From NCBI RefSeq assembly GCF_036365525.1, contig NC_090412.1:23578459-23642458 (forward strand): 64,000 nt of DNA, read 5' to 3'. Position 1 is the first letter of the stretch. Each line of letters begins with the position of its first letter. Below, one piece after another: positions 26,460-36,781 of the stretch. The notes beneath the pieces are model-generated. The model saw nothing but the letters and a program-made list of their open reading frames with translations, was not told the origin of the DNA and ran no database searches. The DNA is from Heterodontus francisci (Eukaryota). The translations under genes and the position numbers were made by a program.

Positions 26460-26520
26460 CTGGGATTAGAGTCCAGCTCACACCAATCAGAGCAAAAACT
26501 GTGAGCAGTGTGCGATCCAT
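26460..26520 (-). CDS. Secreted Cys-rich protein exon 1 (signal peptide)
   Basis: gacATGG Kozak-like start; MDRTLLTVFALIGVSWTLIP(G) hydrophobic leader; CCAG|gtacag phase-1 donor; TATA box upstream. Confidence 0.75.
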
Positions 26521-26575
26521 GTCTGCTTGCTTCAGTTCGCTGAAGAGTGAGTTTAACTTGCTCCTGAGGCTTGTG

Positions 26576-26650
26576 TTTATATTGCACAAATGGAAGGGGG
26601 AGAGAGACAAGCAAAGATTGCATTTGGTGATGGGACTGTTAATCATTAAA
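26576..26650 (-). promoter_or_regulatory. Putative proximal promoter: TATA box, C/EBP site, HNF1 site
   Basis: Minus-strand TATAAA at 26576-26581; ATTGCACAA (C/EBP-like) at 26581-26589; GTTAATCATTAA at 26638-26649, matching the HNF1 consensus GTTAATNATTAAC. Confidence 0.6.
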
Positions 26651-26964
26651 AAAAATTAAGAAACCTCCCGATCAATCTGATGCAGGGAAATGCATTTGGA
26701 AACTCCACTGAGAGCACTCAGCCGCTCCTCATTTTTCAGGGTGAGGTTTTCATTTCCAAATGGTCACACAGTCACACACATAACTCAATCTGAATTATAT
26801 GGGTGGCAGCAATTGTTTTGTATTAAGCAGGAGAAAGGTCTGTAGTGGAAGAGAACACCAGAGGAGAAAAGAGTGACCAAGAATGCATTGTAAACTCAGA
26901 AGCAGTTTTTAATTGAGACCGTCTTGCATTTTAAAAATAGACAGAAAGTCTGAGGAGAAAAAAT

Positions 26965-27340
26965 ACTTGCATTTAAGTAGCATCTTTCAGAACCTCAGGA
27001 TGTCACAAAGTGCTTTACAACCAATGATTTGTGAAGTCACTGTTGTAATGTAGCCAATTGGTGCATATCAAGCTCCCACAAGCAGCAATGTGACTGATTA
27101 GATAAATTGTTTTATTGATATTGCTTGAGGTAGTACCATGAGATCTTTTACATCCACCTGAGACGGCTGACAGAATCTCAGTTTAACGTCACATCCAAAA
27201 GAGGGCACCTCTGGCAGTGCCGCGCTCCCTCAGTACTGCACTGACAGCGTCAGCCTGGATTAGGCACTCAAGTCTCTGCACTGAGGCTTGGACTCATGAC
27301 CTAACACAGAGGCGAGAGTGCTATAGAATGAGACACGGCT
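26965..27340 (-). mobile_element. DeuSINE
   Basis: Reverse complement of the shared Deu-type SINE (CTCCCTCAGTACTGCACTG, GTTTAACGTC.CATCC.AAAGA). Confidence 0.75.
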
Positions 27341-28659
27341 GTCAAAGAGAAGTAAGGAGCTCCACAGTTATGCGTCTGTGGAAACAGAGGGGTGACATTG
27401 GTTTTATATATTGTAATATCTGTAGGAACTAATTAGCTAGGTACTAATTGTTATGTGTAAGTGTTCCGGGGGCCACATTCACGGCTGCACTCGAGAGTTA
27501 TGTGATGTGTAACAGGACACCAGTCTAGGACAGTCCAATACCAGGCAGCATGGAAGCTGAACGAATAAACAAAGAACTCCAGCCTTTCCAAGTCTAAAGC
27601 TTGATTATTTCTAACATATGCCAACCATAAGACAAACGGGAGACATAATAATTGGTAACGGTGGCCTATCAGCACCAATAATCCCTGGATAGGCCCAAGG
27701 CCCGGTTAAAATTAGGCCTCGGGCCTCAGTTAATTAGTGCTGGGCAGCTGTGCACACATACTGCATGACCCCATCCCGCTCGCCTGATGCAGCAGGTGTA
27801 AATTTTAGATTGCTGCATCACACACAGTGACCTTCGGGTACGTGCTCAGGGAGGGAATTAAGAAGGAGGGGGCAGAGTGGAGGCTGAATGGGAGCCAAGA
27901 AGAAGTGGTGATGGTCTTTGGGACGGCTGTGGAACTATATGCTGCACTCCTGCTTCTCCCAGCTCCACAATAAGTTAAGTGTTTTTATTAAAAAATTACC
28001 TTTTGGTGGCATCCTCCTTTTAAGAACTGCTGATTAGACCACAAGTAGATCTGGTTATCCCGAATGCAGCTGTCCTGGCCTCTGGCTGCATTCTTGAACC
28101 TTAGGGCTGCATTCATGAGTCGTGGGGCTGGATTCTCCTCTTTGGTGCATGACTTCCATCCACCCCTTGACTCTGCACCAACCCTGACCCATTTCACGGG
28201 GCTGAGATTCATTATTGATGCACAACAGACTCCCAGGGCGTTTCCCACCAACAAGAGCAAGTCCGGAGGGACGGCAGCTGCTGCACCGGAAGAGGCAGCT
28301 GGGCCTATAAAGGAGCAGGAGAGCGCCAAGGATCAAGCTAAGCTAGGCCGCATAGGCCTTGGCAGTGACTAGAGCCTGTATGGGTGAGTTAGTGGGAGCC
28401 AATATAAAGTGAGACGAGGCCACTACAAGGACCTCTCCCTCCATTTCCTACCCTTGGATCCTTTCCAGTTTAATCCAGTCCTATTTCCACATGGTTTTGA
28501 TGGTAACTGCAGTGGATGGAAGGCATATGAACCTCAATCTGAGACTCCATCACCTTATCACTCGCTGATATTTGCATGTAGCACAATATTGGGGTAGTGA
28601 GTCAGTGTTAGAGCTCGCCAGCCGATTTAGCCTCGTTATCTGGGGAGTATGGAGAAGTC

Positions 28660-29125
28660 CTTTCAGCTTCTCAAGCTTGTTCCGCCATTCAGTTAGATCA
28701 TGACTGACCTGTATCTGAACTCTCTATATCTGGCTTGTTAGCGTATCTCTTAATAGCCTTGCCTAACAAAAATCAACCTCAGTTTTGAAATTTTCAATTG
28801 ACCTCAATTTGACCCAGCCTTGGCAGCGTTTTGGGGGTGAGAGTTCCAGATTTCCTCTACCCTTTGTATGAAGAAGTGCTTCCTGACATCACCCCTGAAT
28901 GGTCTAGCTCCTAATTCTAAGGTCATACTCCTTTATTCTGGAGTCCCTCGCCAGAGGAAATATTTTCTCCCTACCTACAAAGTCTTTAATCATCTTAAAC
29001 ACCTCAAATAGATCATCCCTTATTCTTCTATACTCAAGGGAATACAAGCCTAGTCTATGTAACCTGTCCTCATAATTTAGCTTTATTTTTGGCCCTGGTA
29101 TCATTCTGGTGAATTCCACTGCCTC
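28660..29125 (-). mobile_element. CR1 3' fragment
   Basis: YEDRLHRLGLYSLEYRRIRDDLFEVFKMI. Confidence 0.8.
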
Positions 29126-30214
29126 CCCCACAGTTCAAACCAGCCCGCCCCATCCCTCACTCCAGCCATTTTGGGCAGGTTCATGGAGAAGAATCCAACC
29201 TTCCAATTTCCAAACAGTTTGGAAGAGGCAGAGCCTGCAGGGTAGTGTATCTGGAGCTTAGATAGGACAAGAAAGGAGCAAAGACTCAAAATGTGTAATT
29301 AAAACAGCGAAAGATCGAAAGTGACTGGGAGTTAGAAGAGAGGTGGGGAATCATCCATCAGACGACAAGCTTTTCCTGGTGTCCTGCACTAGAGTATGAC
29401 AGAGAAGAGCCTCCCCAAATTTGGAAGCAGGATTCAAGTACTATGCGGATTTGGGGAACATTTAGATGGTTAAGAATTTCTGAAACAATGAGAACTGTTC
29501 AGCAGGAAGTAAGAAACTAAACTTCTCAGAGAAAAGTTTAGCTGTAGAGATTTGAAGTTAGTCTGAGGTCAACACAATTGATGGATGCAGAAACTCAACT
29601 GATTGATGGAGGCAAAGTGAAGTATAGAATTCCCTCCTGTTGAGGTTTCCTTGCCCACGTTTAACCTGAACATTCGTAAGCTAGTTGGGTTTTTACAAGA
29701 ATCCAACAGCTTTATATGCACATTTATTGAAACCAGTTTTTTATTTCCTAATTTTCAAATTCTCAAATGGCCATTGTGGGATTCGAACAAATGTTTGTTG
29801 GATTAATCTTGGTTTCTGAATTACAAATCCAGTAACATAACCACGACACTATCATACACTGGGGGATAATTGTGAACCTTCTCTTCTCACCATTGGCATC
29901 AATGAGATTAGTGAATTTACAGAATGATCGCACACCCTTTCGTTTTGCTTTTAGGTTTTGCCAGGCTCCCTGGCCTGTCTGCAACAGGTTGTTGAAATTG
30001 TGGTTTCAAAGTGAATGAATGTGTTTGTGTGTTTGAGCAGCCTGGTTGTGCAACACCATATGATTCCCTTCTTTCTGGGAAAAGAAACTTATCTCAGTCA
30101 TACAATGGCTTCATCCATCACTGAGAGCAAAGGCCAGGGATCTATAAGTACAAAGCATTGCACACCACTCTTTGGCTCATTGTAACAGTACCATAGGAAA
30201 CAAGATGTTATATA

Positions 30215-30868
30215 TGAACATAAGAAGTAGGAGCGGGAATAGGCCATTTGGCCCTTCGAGCCTGCTCTGTCATTCAATAAGATCATGGCTGATCAGATTA
30301 TATTCTCAACTCCACTTTTCGGTCTGCACCCCATAACCCTTGACTCCCTTGCAGATCAAAAATCTACAAACTTGTTACTGAAGTTCATTGAAAAGTAGGA
30401 AGTCATGCAAAACTTGTATCGAACCCAAGTTAGAGCGCATTGGGGGTAATATAGAAAGGATAGAGAGTCATTGGTGATAGTACAAAAAAGATTCACAAGG
30501 ATGATCCAGAATTGAGAGGTTATGACTATCAGGAAAGGCGGAACAGGCTGGGGCTCTTTTCTCTCAAAAAGAGAAGGCTGAGGGATGACCTCTTTAAGAA
30601 GAGATTGATAAAGTAGACACAGAGGGAATGTTTCCATTTGTGGGGTAGATCAAAACCATAAGATAGTCACTAATAAATCCAATCAGGAATTCAGGAGAAA
30701 GTTCTTTATCCAGAGAGTAGTTAGAATGTGGAACTCACTACCACAAAGAGCAGTTAAGGTGAACAGCATTGATGCACTTAAGAGGAAGCTAGAAAAGCAC
30801 ATGAGGGAGAAAGGAATGGATAAAGAGGGGTGGGAGGAGGTTCGAGTGCAGCATAAACACTGGTATAT
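30215..30868. mobile_element. Two CR1 3' fragments (minus 30215-30370, plus 30380-30868)
   Basis: GAACATAAGAAGTAGGAGC (reverse tail); degraded GLFS.EKRRLR / FF.QRVVRMWN pattern. Confidence 0.7.
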
Positions 30869-30877
30869 ACCATAATA

Positions 30878-30975
30878 AATACAAATGCTGGAAATACTCA
30901 GCAGGTCTGGCAGCATCTGTGGAGAGAGAAGCAGAGTTAACGTTTCAGGTCTGTGACCTTTCATCAGAACTGAGT
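30878..30975 (-). mobile_element. Penelope-like terminal repeat fragment
   Basis: Same family as 2560-2665 and 58010-58235. Confidence 0.65.
30935..30971 (-). ncRNA. Minimal type I hammerhead ribozyme motif
   Basis: Minus strand AGUU-CUGAUGA-A-AGGUC-ACA-GACCU-GAAA-CGUU-AACU: intact core, stem I AGUU/AACU, stem II AGGUC/GACCU, palindromic ACGU in place of stem III. Confidence 0.65.
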
Positions 30976-31444
30976 TCATACGTGCGTTTTGATTTCCACA
31001 GGACAATAACTGAATTGCAGAATGTGATCTTAAAACATTAATAAAACTCTTTAATGCCAATTAAACAACTTATTTGCTCACCTTGAAGCCATGGCATTGG
31101 GCAGATGCCTTTATTCACACATACCCCACCACAACATTGGCCGTGGTTTTCTCTCCGCAGATGCTGCCTGACCTGCTGGGTTTTTCCAACGTCTTTTGTT
31201 TCGGATGTCTTTTGCATTTATTTAAGTCTGATTTTCATTTGTATATTGTTTCTCAATGTGACATCATTTTTGAAGCTGCCCGTCGAACTCCTCAAGTCTT
31301 GACATGGATATGAATGGTCGGACCGAATAATATTTTGATAATGAGTGGGGAGAGGGGCTATTTGATCTAGGGGCCTATTTCTGTTGCTAAAATATCTATG
31401 TCTTTTAAAGCAATGTGAGGCTAAGGACAGTGTATAAATAGGGA

Positions 31445-31830
31445 TCAGCCTTGGCTCAGTGGTAGTACTCTCACTGCTGAATCAGAAGGCCGTGTGTTTA
31501 ATCTTCACTTCAGACATTTCAGTGTAGCCCTGAGGGAGTACTGCACTATCGGAGAAGCTGCTACTCCATTGAAATGTTAACCCAGGGCCCTGTCTGTCCT
31601 CATAGAAGTATAGAAGATCCCACGGCATGATTTGAAGAAGATCCGGAGTTCTCCTTACCAATTACAATCAGCTTAACTGGTCATTTATCTTAATCCTATG
31701 AGGATCTTGCTGTCTGTAAATGGGCTGCTGTATTTGCCTACATACCAACAGTGACTACACTTCAAAAGTACTTCATTGGCTGTGAAACATGTATGGAGGT
31801 CCTGAGGACATGAAAAGTAAAATGCAAAAT
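31445..31830 (+). mobile_element. DeuSINE (near full length)
   Basis: TGGCTCAGTGGTAG A-box head, Deu core, CACTTCAAAAGTACTTCATTGGCTGT tail. Confidence 0.8.
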
Positions 31831-32299
31831 ATTTTATCGATTGAGAAGAATCCATAAAATGTTACAGAGTTAGGTTTTGGGTTCCCAGGCATCTTGCTGG
31901 TAAATAGATGGGATGAGGTCCCTCATTGTATTTCCCTGGGCCTATTTCTACTTTATTTCTGACTCATTCGGCTCCCAAACCTGGAGTTTACAAATCAGTT
32001 TCTCCGTGCATATTATTCTGGTAGCTAATTTATTTGCTTAACATTTAGCAATCTCTTCCCCCACATGTAATTCCTGACTGCCTCTGCTTCCATCTCCCTC
32101 AGAAATCTCGTGTAAATGCAAAACTCGGGATAGGTTGAGCTTAACAGAGATAAGCTGAAAAGTGTTCAATTCCAGCATTTTGTTGTGGAAAGGGTATTAA
32201 AGCGATAAAGAGCGTACAGCATAGGAACCACTGGGATCATCGAAATATAGGAAGAGGAGAAGACCCTTCAGGCTTCGGGCCTACTCCACTGTGACTCGC

Positions 32300-32670
32300 C
32301 TACGAGCCAGAAGGTCATAGCTTTGAATCTCACTCCAGGCTTGAGTGTATTATCCAGGCTGATGCTCTGTTGCAGTAATAAGGTTGTGCTGCACTATCAG
32401 AGGTGCCGTCTTTCGGATGAGACGGTAACCGAGGCCCTGTCCATCCTCGCAGGTGGACATAAAAGATCCCAAAGTATGATTTCGAAGAAGAGCAGGGGAG
32501 TTCCACCTGATGCCCGGGCCTCAATCAACGTCAAAAACTCAGATTTTCTGGTCATTATTTCATTGCTGTTTGTAGGATCTTGCTGTGTGCATTTTGTTAC
32601 ACTTCAAATGCACTTCATTGGCTGTAAAGTGCTTTGGGACATCTTGAGGTCAAGGAAGGTGCTGTATGGA
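32300..32670 (+). mobile_element. DeuSINE
   Basis: GAGGTGCCGTCTTTCGGATGAGACG...AAAAGATCCC...GAAGAAGAGCAGGGGAGTT core. Confidence 0.8.
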
Positions 32671-33093
32671 GCTTTCTGTTAAGTCAGGGCAGATCAGTAC
32701 CCCAACTCCAAGTTGATGCCAGACATGGGGAACTAAAGTTATGAGGAGAGGCTTGAGATTTTGGGACAGTTTCCACTGGAGCAGGGAAGGTTGACGAGAT
32801 TTAACAGAGGTTTATAAGATTATGAAGTGCTTTGTTGGCGTGATTGGAGAAAGATTATTTCCCCTGTTTGGGAATTAATGAGGAGGTCATCAATTTTAAA
32901 TTGTCACTAGGAGAACAAGGGAGAGATTAGGAGAAATGTCTTTACACAGAGGGTTGTTGGACCTTTGAATGTTCTTCAACAAAGGGTGGTGAGGCAGAGA
33001 CCATCGCATCTTTTAATTTAACACAGGACTACGGGGAGAGTGGGGCACTGGAATTAGTTCTGGATTGCTTCAGTAAAGAGACAGCACAAACAC

Positions 33094-34890
33094 TGTAAGG
33101 AAAAGGTTAATTAGACTGACTCGAGTTCCTATTCATTCATCCTTATCATGTGGTAATGTTAGTTTCTACCATCAGTTTGTTTAGCCAGGACTATGTTCCA
33201 CTCTGAAGCAATGACCGCAGAACATTTGAAATGAGACTGACCCTTATGATTCCACATGTTTTAGTATCACGTAATCACTTGCTCAATAAGACAAGTTATA
33301 GATAACGACATATTGGTTCCTGAGTCTCAGGTAGGTGCAATCAATGACAAATGGGGGAAAGGATAACACCCCTGATCAAGAAAACCATGTAGATAAATAT
33401 TATCTTTTTAATGGAAAAGTTGTGAGCACTAATTGGTACAGAATCAAAGGCAGATTTATAATTATTAATTTCATTTGGCGGGACAATTCTATGTAACCAG
33501 AGAGAACTGTGCAAGGTGACAGAATCATTGAGTTAAAGTCATCATGTTAGCTTGACTGGAAAAAGGCTCGTTAATAAGGAAATCAGCTTAATAACTAAAG
33601 TTATTGATAAGGCATGGATCCAATTAGATACTGGGTCATATTCCTGAGAAGTTGGAAAACAAGTAGTTTACATCTTCACCCATGTCAATCAACAGAGACG
33701 TGTTGTAAAATTTCCCACAACAGTGTCTATACTTCAAAAGTACTTCATTGGCTGTGAAGTGCTTTGGGATGTCCTGAGGACGTGACAGGTGCTATATAAA
33801 TGCAAGTCTTTCTTTTTTCTATTAGTCACTACCCTGCAGATGTAAAACTATACACTTGTCTAAAACATAATCAGGTCTGGGTAACTTACCAGAGATAGAC
33901 ATTTTGATAAGGAATCTTTAATTCAGAAATCTATATAGATCTGACTGAATACTAAGTTCAGCACTGAGTCCCCAACCATCAGGTGTGATTGTAAGAACCC
34001 TTAGGAGTATTGACAGGCAGAGAGATATGGGCGTACAGGTCCACAGGTCACTGAAAGTGGCAACGCAGGTGGATAAGGTAGTCAAGAAGGCATACGGCAT
34101 GCTTGCCTTCATCGGTCGGGGCATAGAGTACAAAAATAGGCAAGTCATGCTGCAGCTGTACAGAACTTTAGTTAGGCCACACTTAGAATATTGCGTGCAA
34201 TTCTGGTTGCCACACTACCAGAAGGACGTGGAGGCTTTGGAGAGGATACAGAAGAGGTTTACCAGGATGTTGCCTGGTCTGGAGGGCATTAGCTATGAGG
34301 AGAGGTTGGATAAACTCGGATTGTTTTTACTGGAATGACGGAGGTGGAGGGGTGACATGATAGACATGATACAAAGTTATAAGCGGCATGGACAGAGTGG
34401 ATAGTCAGAAGCTTTTTCCCAGGGTGGAAGAGTCAGTTACTAGGGGACATAGGTTTAAGGTGAGAGGGGCAAAGTTTAGAGGGGATGTGCGAGGCAAGTT
34501 CTTTACACAGAGGGTGGTGAGTGCCTGGAACTTGTTGCCGGGGGAGGTGGTGGAAGCAGGTACCATAGAGACGTTTAAGAGACATCTTGACAAATACATG
34601 AATAGGATGGGAATAGAGGGATACGGACCCCGGAAGTGCAGAAGGTGTTAGTTTAGACAGGCATCAAGATCGGCGCAGGCTTGGAGGGCTGAATGGCCTG
34701 TTCCTGCACTGTACTGTTCTTTGTTCTTGTTCTTTGTTCTTTGTAAATACTATTTTTTGAGTGTGTACCTAACCACTACTGCATACACTGCCTAATAAAT
34801 TTATGAATCTTGACCTCAACATTTGAGGAACTTTATTGATTTGGAGGGATAGATAGAACACCTAATCATAATAAAAAATGCATCCTCACA
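33094..34890 (+). mobile_element. Probable solo LTR carrying nested SINE and CR1 fragments
   Basis: TGTAAGGA...TCCTCACA imperfect inverted termini; interrupts a CR1 3' end (GCACAAACAC | ATGGGCCGAATGGCC); TATATA near 33932 and AATAAA near 34795; no clear TSD. Confidence 0.55.
33988..34742 (+). mobile_element. CR1 LINE 3' fragment
   Basis: VVKKAYGMLAFI, LEYCVQFW, FFTQRVVSAWN; (GTTCTTT)n tail. Confidence 0.93.
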
Positions 34891-35086
34891 ATGGGCCGAA
34901 TGGCCACTTTCTATCCTGTAAGCAGAATAGTTTTGTTCAAAACCATGAAGGACTGTGATGGAGTAAAAAGAGAGAAACTGTTTCCGCTGGCAGGAGGGTC
35001 AGTAACCAGAAGACAAAGGTTTAAGGTAAGTGGCAAAATGCCAGAGGGCAGGCAAGGAGCCCCACTTTTTTTTACCCAGTGAGCTA

Positions 35087-35412
35087 TAGAGAGATACAGC
35101 ACTGAAACAGGCCCTTTGGCCCAATGAGTCTATGCTGACAAACAACCACCCATTTATACTAATCCTACATTAATCCCATATTCCCTACCACAGCCCCACC
35201 AGTCTCCTACCACCACTAGGGGCAATTTACAATAGCCAATTTACCTATCAACCTGCAAGCCTTTGGTTGTGAGAGGAAACCAGAGCACCCGGTGGAAATC
35301 CACACAATCACAGGGAGAGCTTGCAAACTCCGCACAGGCAGTACCCAGAATTGAACCCAGGTCACTGGAGCTGTGAGGCTGCAGTGCTAACCACTGCACC
35401 ACTGTGCCGCCC
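35087..35412 (-). mobile_element. HE1-like V-SINE inserted in a CR1 fragment (34930-35620)
   Basis: Reverse complement of 19614-19943; flanking CR1 sequence resumes on both sides. Confidence 0.85.
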
Positions 35413-36519
35413 TGAGTTGTTGTGATCTGGAATGCACTGCCTGAATGGGCGACGGAGGCAGGTTTAATAGTAACTTTCAAAAGGGAATTAGATAAATACT
35501 TTAAGGGGGAAAACATTGCAGGGCTATTGGGAAAGAGCAAAGGAGTGGGATGAATTGGTTAGCTCTTTCAAAGGGCTGGCACAGGCATGATATGACCTCC
35601 TGTGCTGTATGATTTCATGAACATGTCTGCTATAATGCTTCCCATATAATAATCTTCATGATCCTTGTATCAGGGGACTACAGGGTGGAAGAAGGTGAAC
35701 TAGACCTTGGTCTTTTCTCCTCTAGAAATTTCTATGTGTCTTGCTAACATATTCAAAAATTGTTAACCTTTGGGTGAAAATATCTGTGCCTCACTGCTTT
35801 CTTTCCATTTCGTTGCTAATGTGGACTGTAGGATATCAACCCTCTCTACAATCATCAATTTGCCTGGATCACCTCGTACTGTCTCCTTTTCCAAAGAAAG
35901 TGAGCCTCCAGTTTCCCTAATCACTTAAAATTCGACTACCCTGAAACATTTATAGTTGCCTTTGTTCAGGTTCTGTGATCCAGTAAAGGAGATCTCAACA
36001 ACGTCCCAATAAAAGAGAGAGAATTAAAGAAGGAATTCATTCAAAACACAAGACAATTAAATTTTAATGGACAGCATTCACAGCAAAACTTCAATTTACC
36101 AAATAAAAATAGACAGTTTCTAACGAAGCCTAAAGATCCCAGATTGCAGATAATTTCTCAAGTGGTCCCGAGGAGCTTGTAAACCGGTTTGTTTTTCTGT
36201 ATGCAACACCAGCCGAAGAGTCTCCCTGGGACCACCTTCGATTACACCACTGTGCGCTAAAACAACAAGCCACACCATACCTCGCCCTGCCACTGCTGCC
36301 TCAACCAAGACCTCAACTGGATTCTGGAAACATTTTCTCCGTCACTGAGGTTGAAACGATTTGAAAAAGGTGTGAAGCCTCATTGGAGTCCAACCTCAGT
36401 CGGGTCCTTCCGTTTGCACAGTTTGATGTCCAGAAGCTGCTTATTTTTGGCAGAATGCAAACTCTCGGATGTTGACTGAGTTTATTTGAAAATAAAAGGA
36501 CCGCCATCAAACTACATTT

Positions 36520-36781
36520 CGTGGTATCATCGCCTTTAAGTGTGATGCCCCTTTAAGATCTTAGTATGCTAATGAGCCACATACCAGGATGACGTACCAT
36601 CATGCGACTCAGAGCCAGAGTCACTCTGCAACTGTAACACCCAGAGTAAGTTTCTGTAAATAGTTTACTCTGTACTGTATATAAGAGTTTAGCTGTATTA
36701 AACCTGTTTGAGATCTTCAACAAACTGAACTCCATGCATCTCATTTATGTTGCATCAGACAACATCAAACAACTCATTACA
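36520..36781 (+). mobile_element. Short solo LTR with 5-bp TSD
   Basis: CGT (from TGT)...TACA termini; CATTT on both flanks (36515-36519, 36782-36786); internal TATATAA then ATTAAA; paralogous to 21109-21370. Confidence 0.75.

Larger units (their letters stand above)
15521..26520 (-). other. Six-exon gene for an uncharacterised secreted Cys-rich protein (222 aa, sushi/CCP-like module)
   Basis: join(complement 26460-26520, 23898-23980, 21627-21741, 18989-19101, 16687-16801, 15521-15702) = 669 nt, ATG to TAG. All junctions are GT-AG and phases are compatible (1,0,1,0,1). From memory it resembles the uncharacterised teleost si:ch1073-126c3.2-type proteins (not verified by search). Confidence 0.85.

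Noticed and set aside
28064-28420. Ala-rich ORF with nearby TATAAA boxes
   Set aside because: No splice partners or recognisable domain; more likely a repeat-derived remnant.
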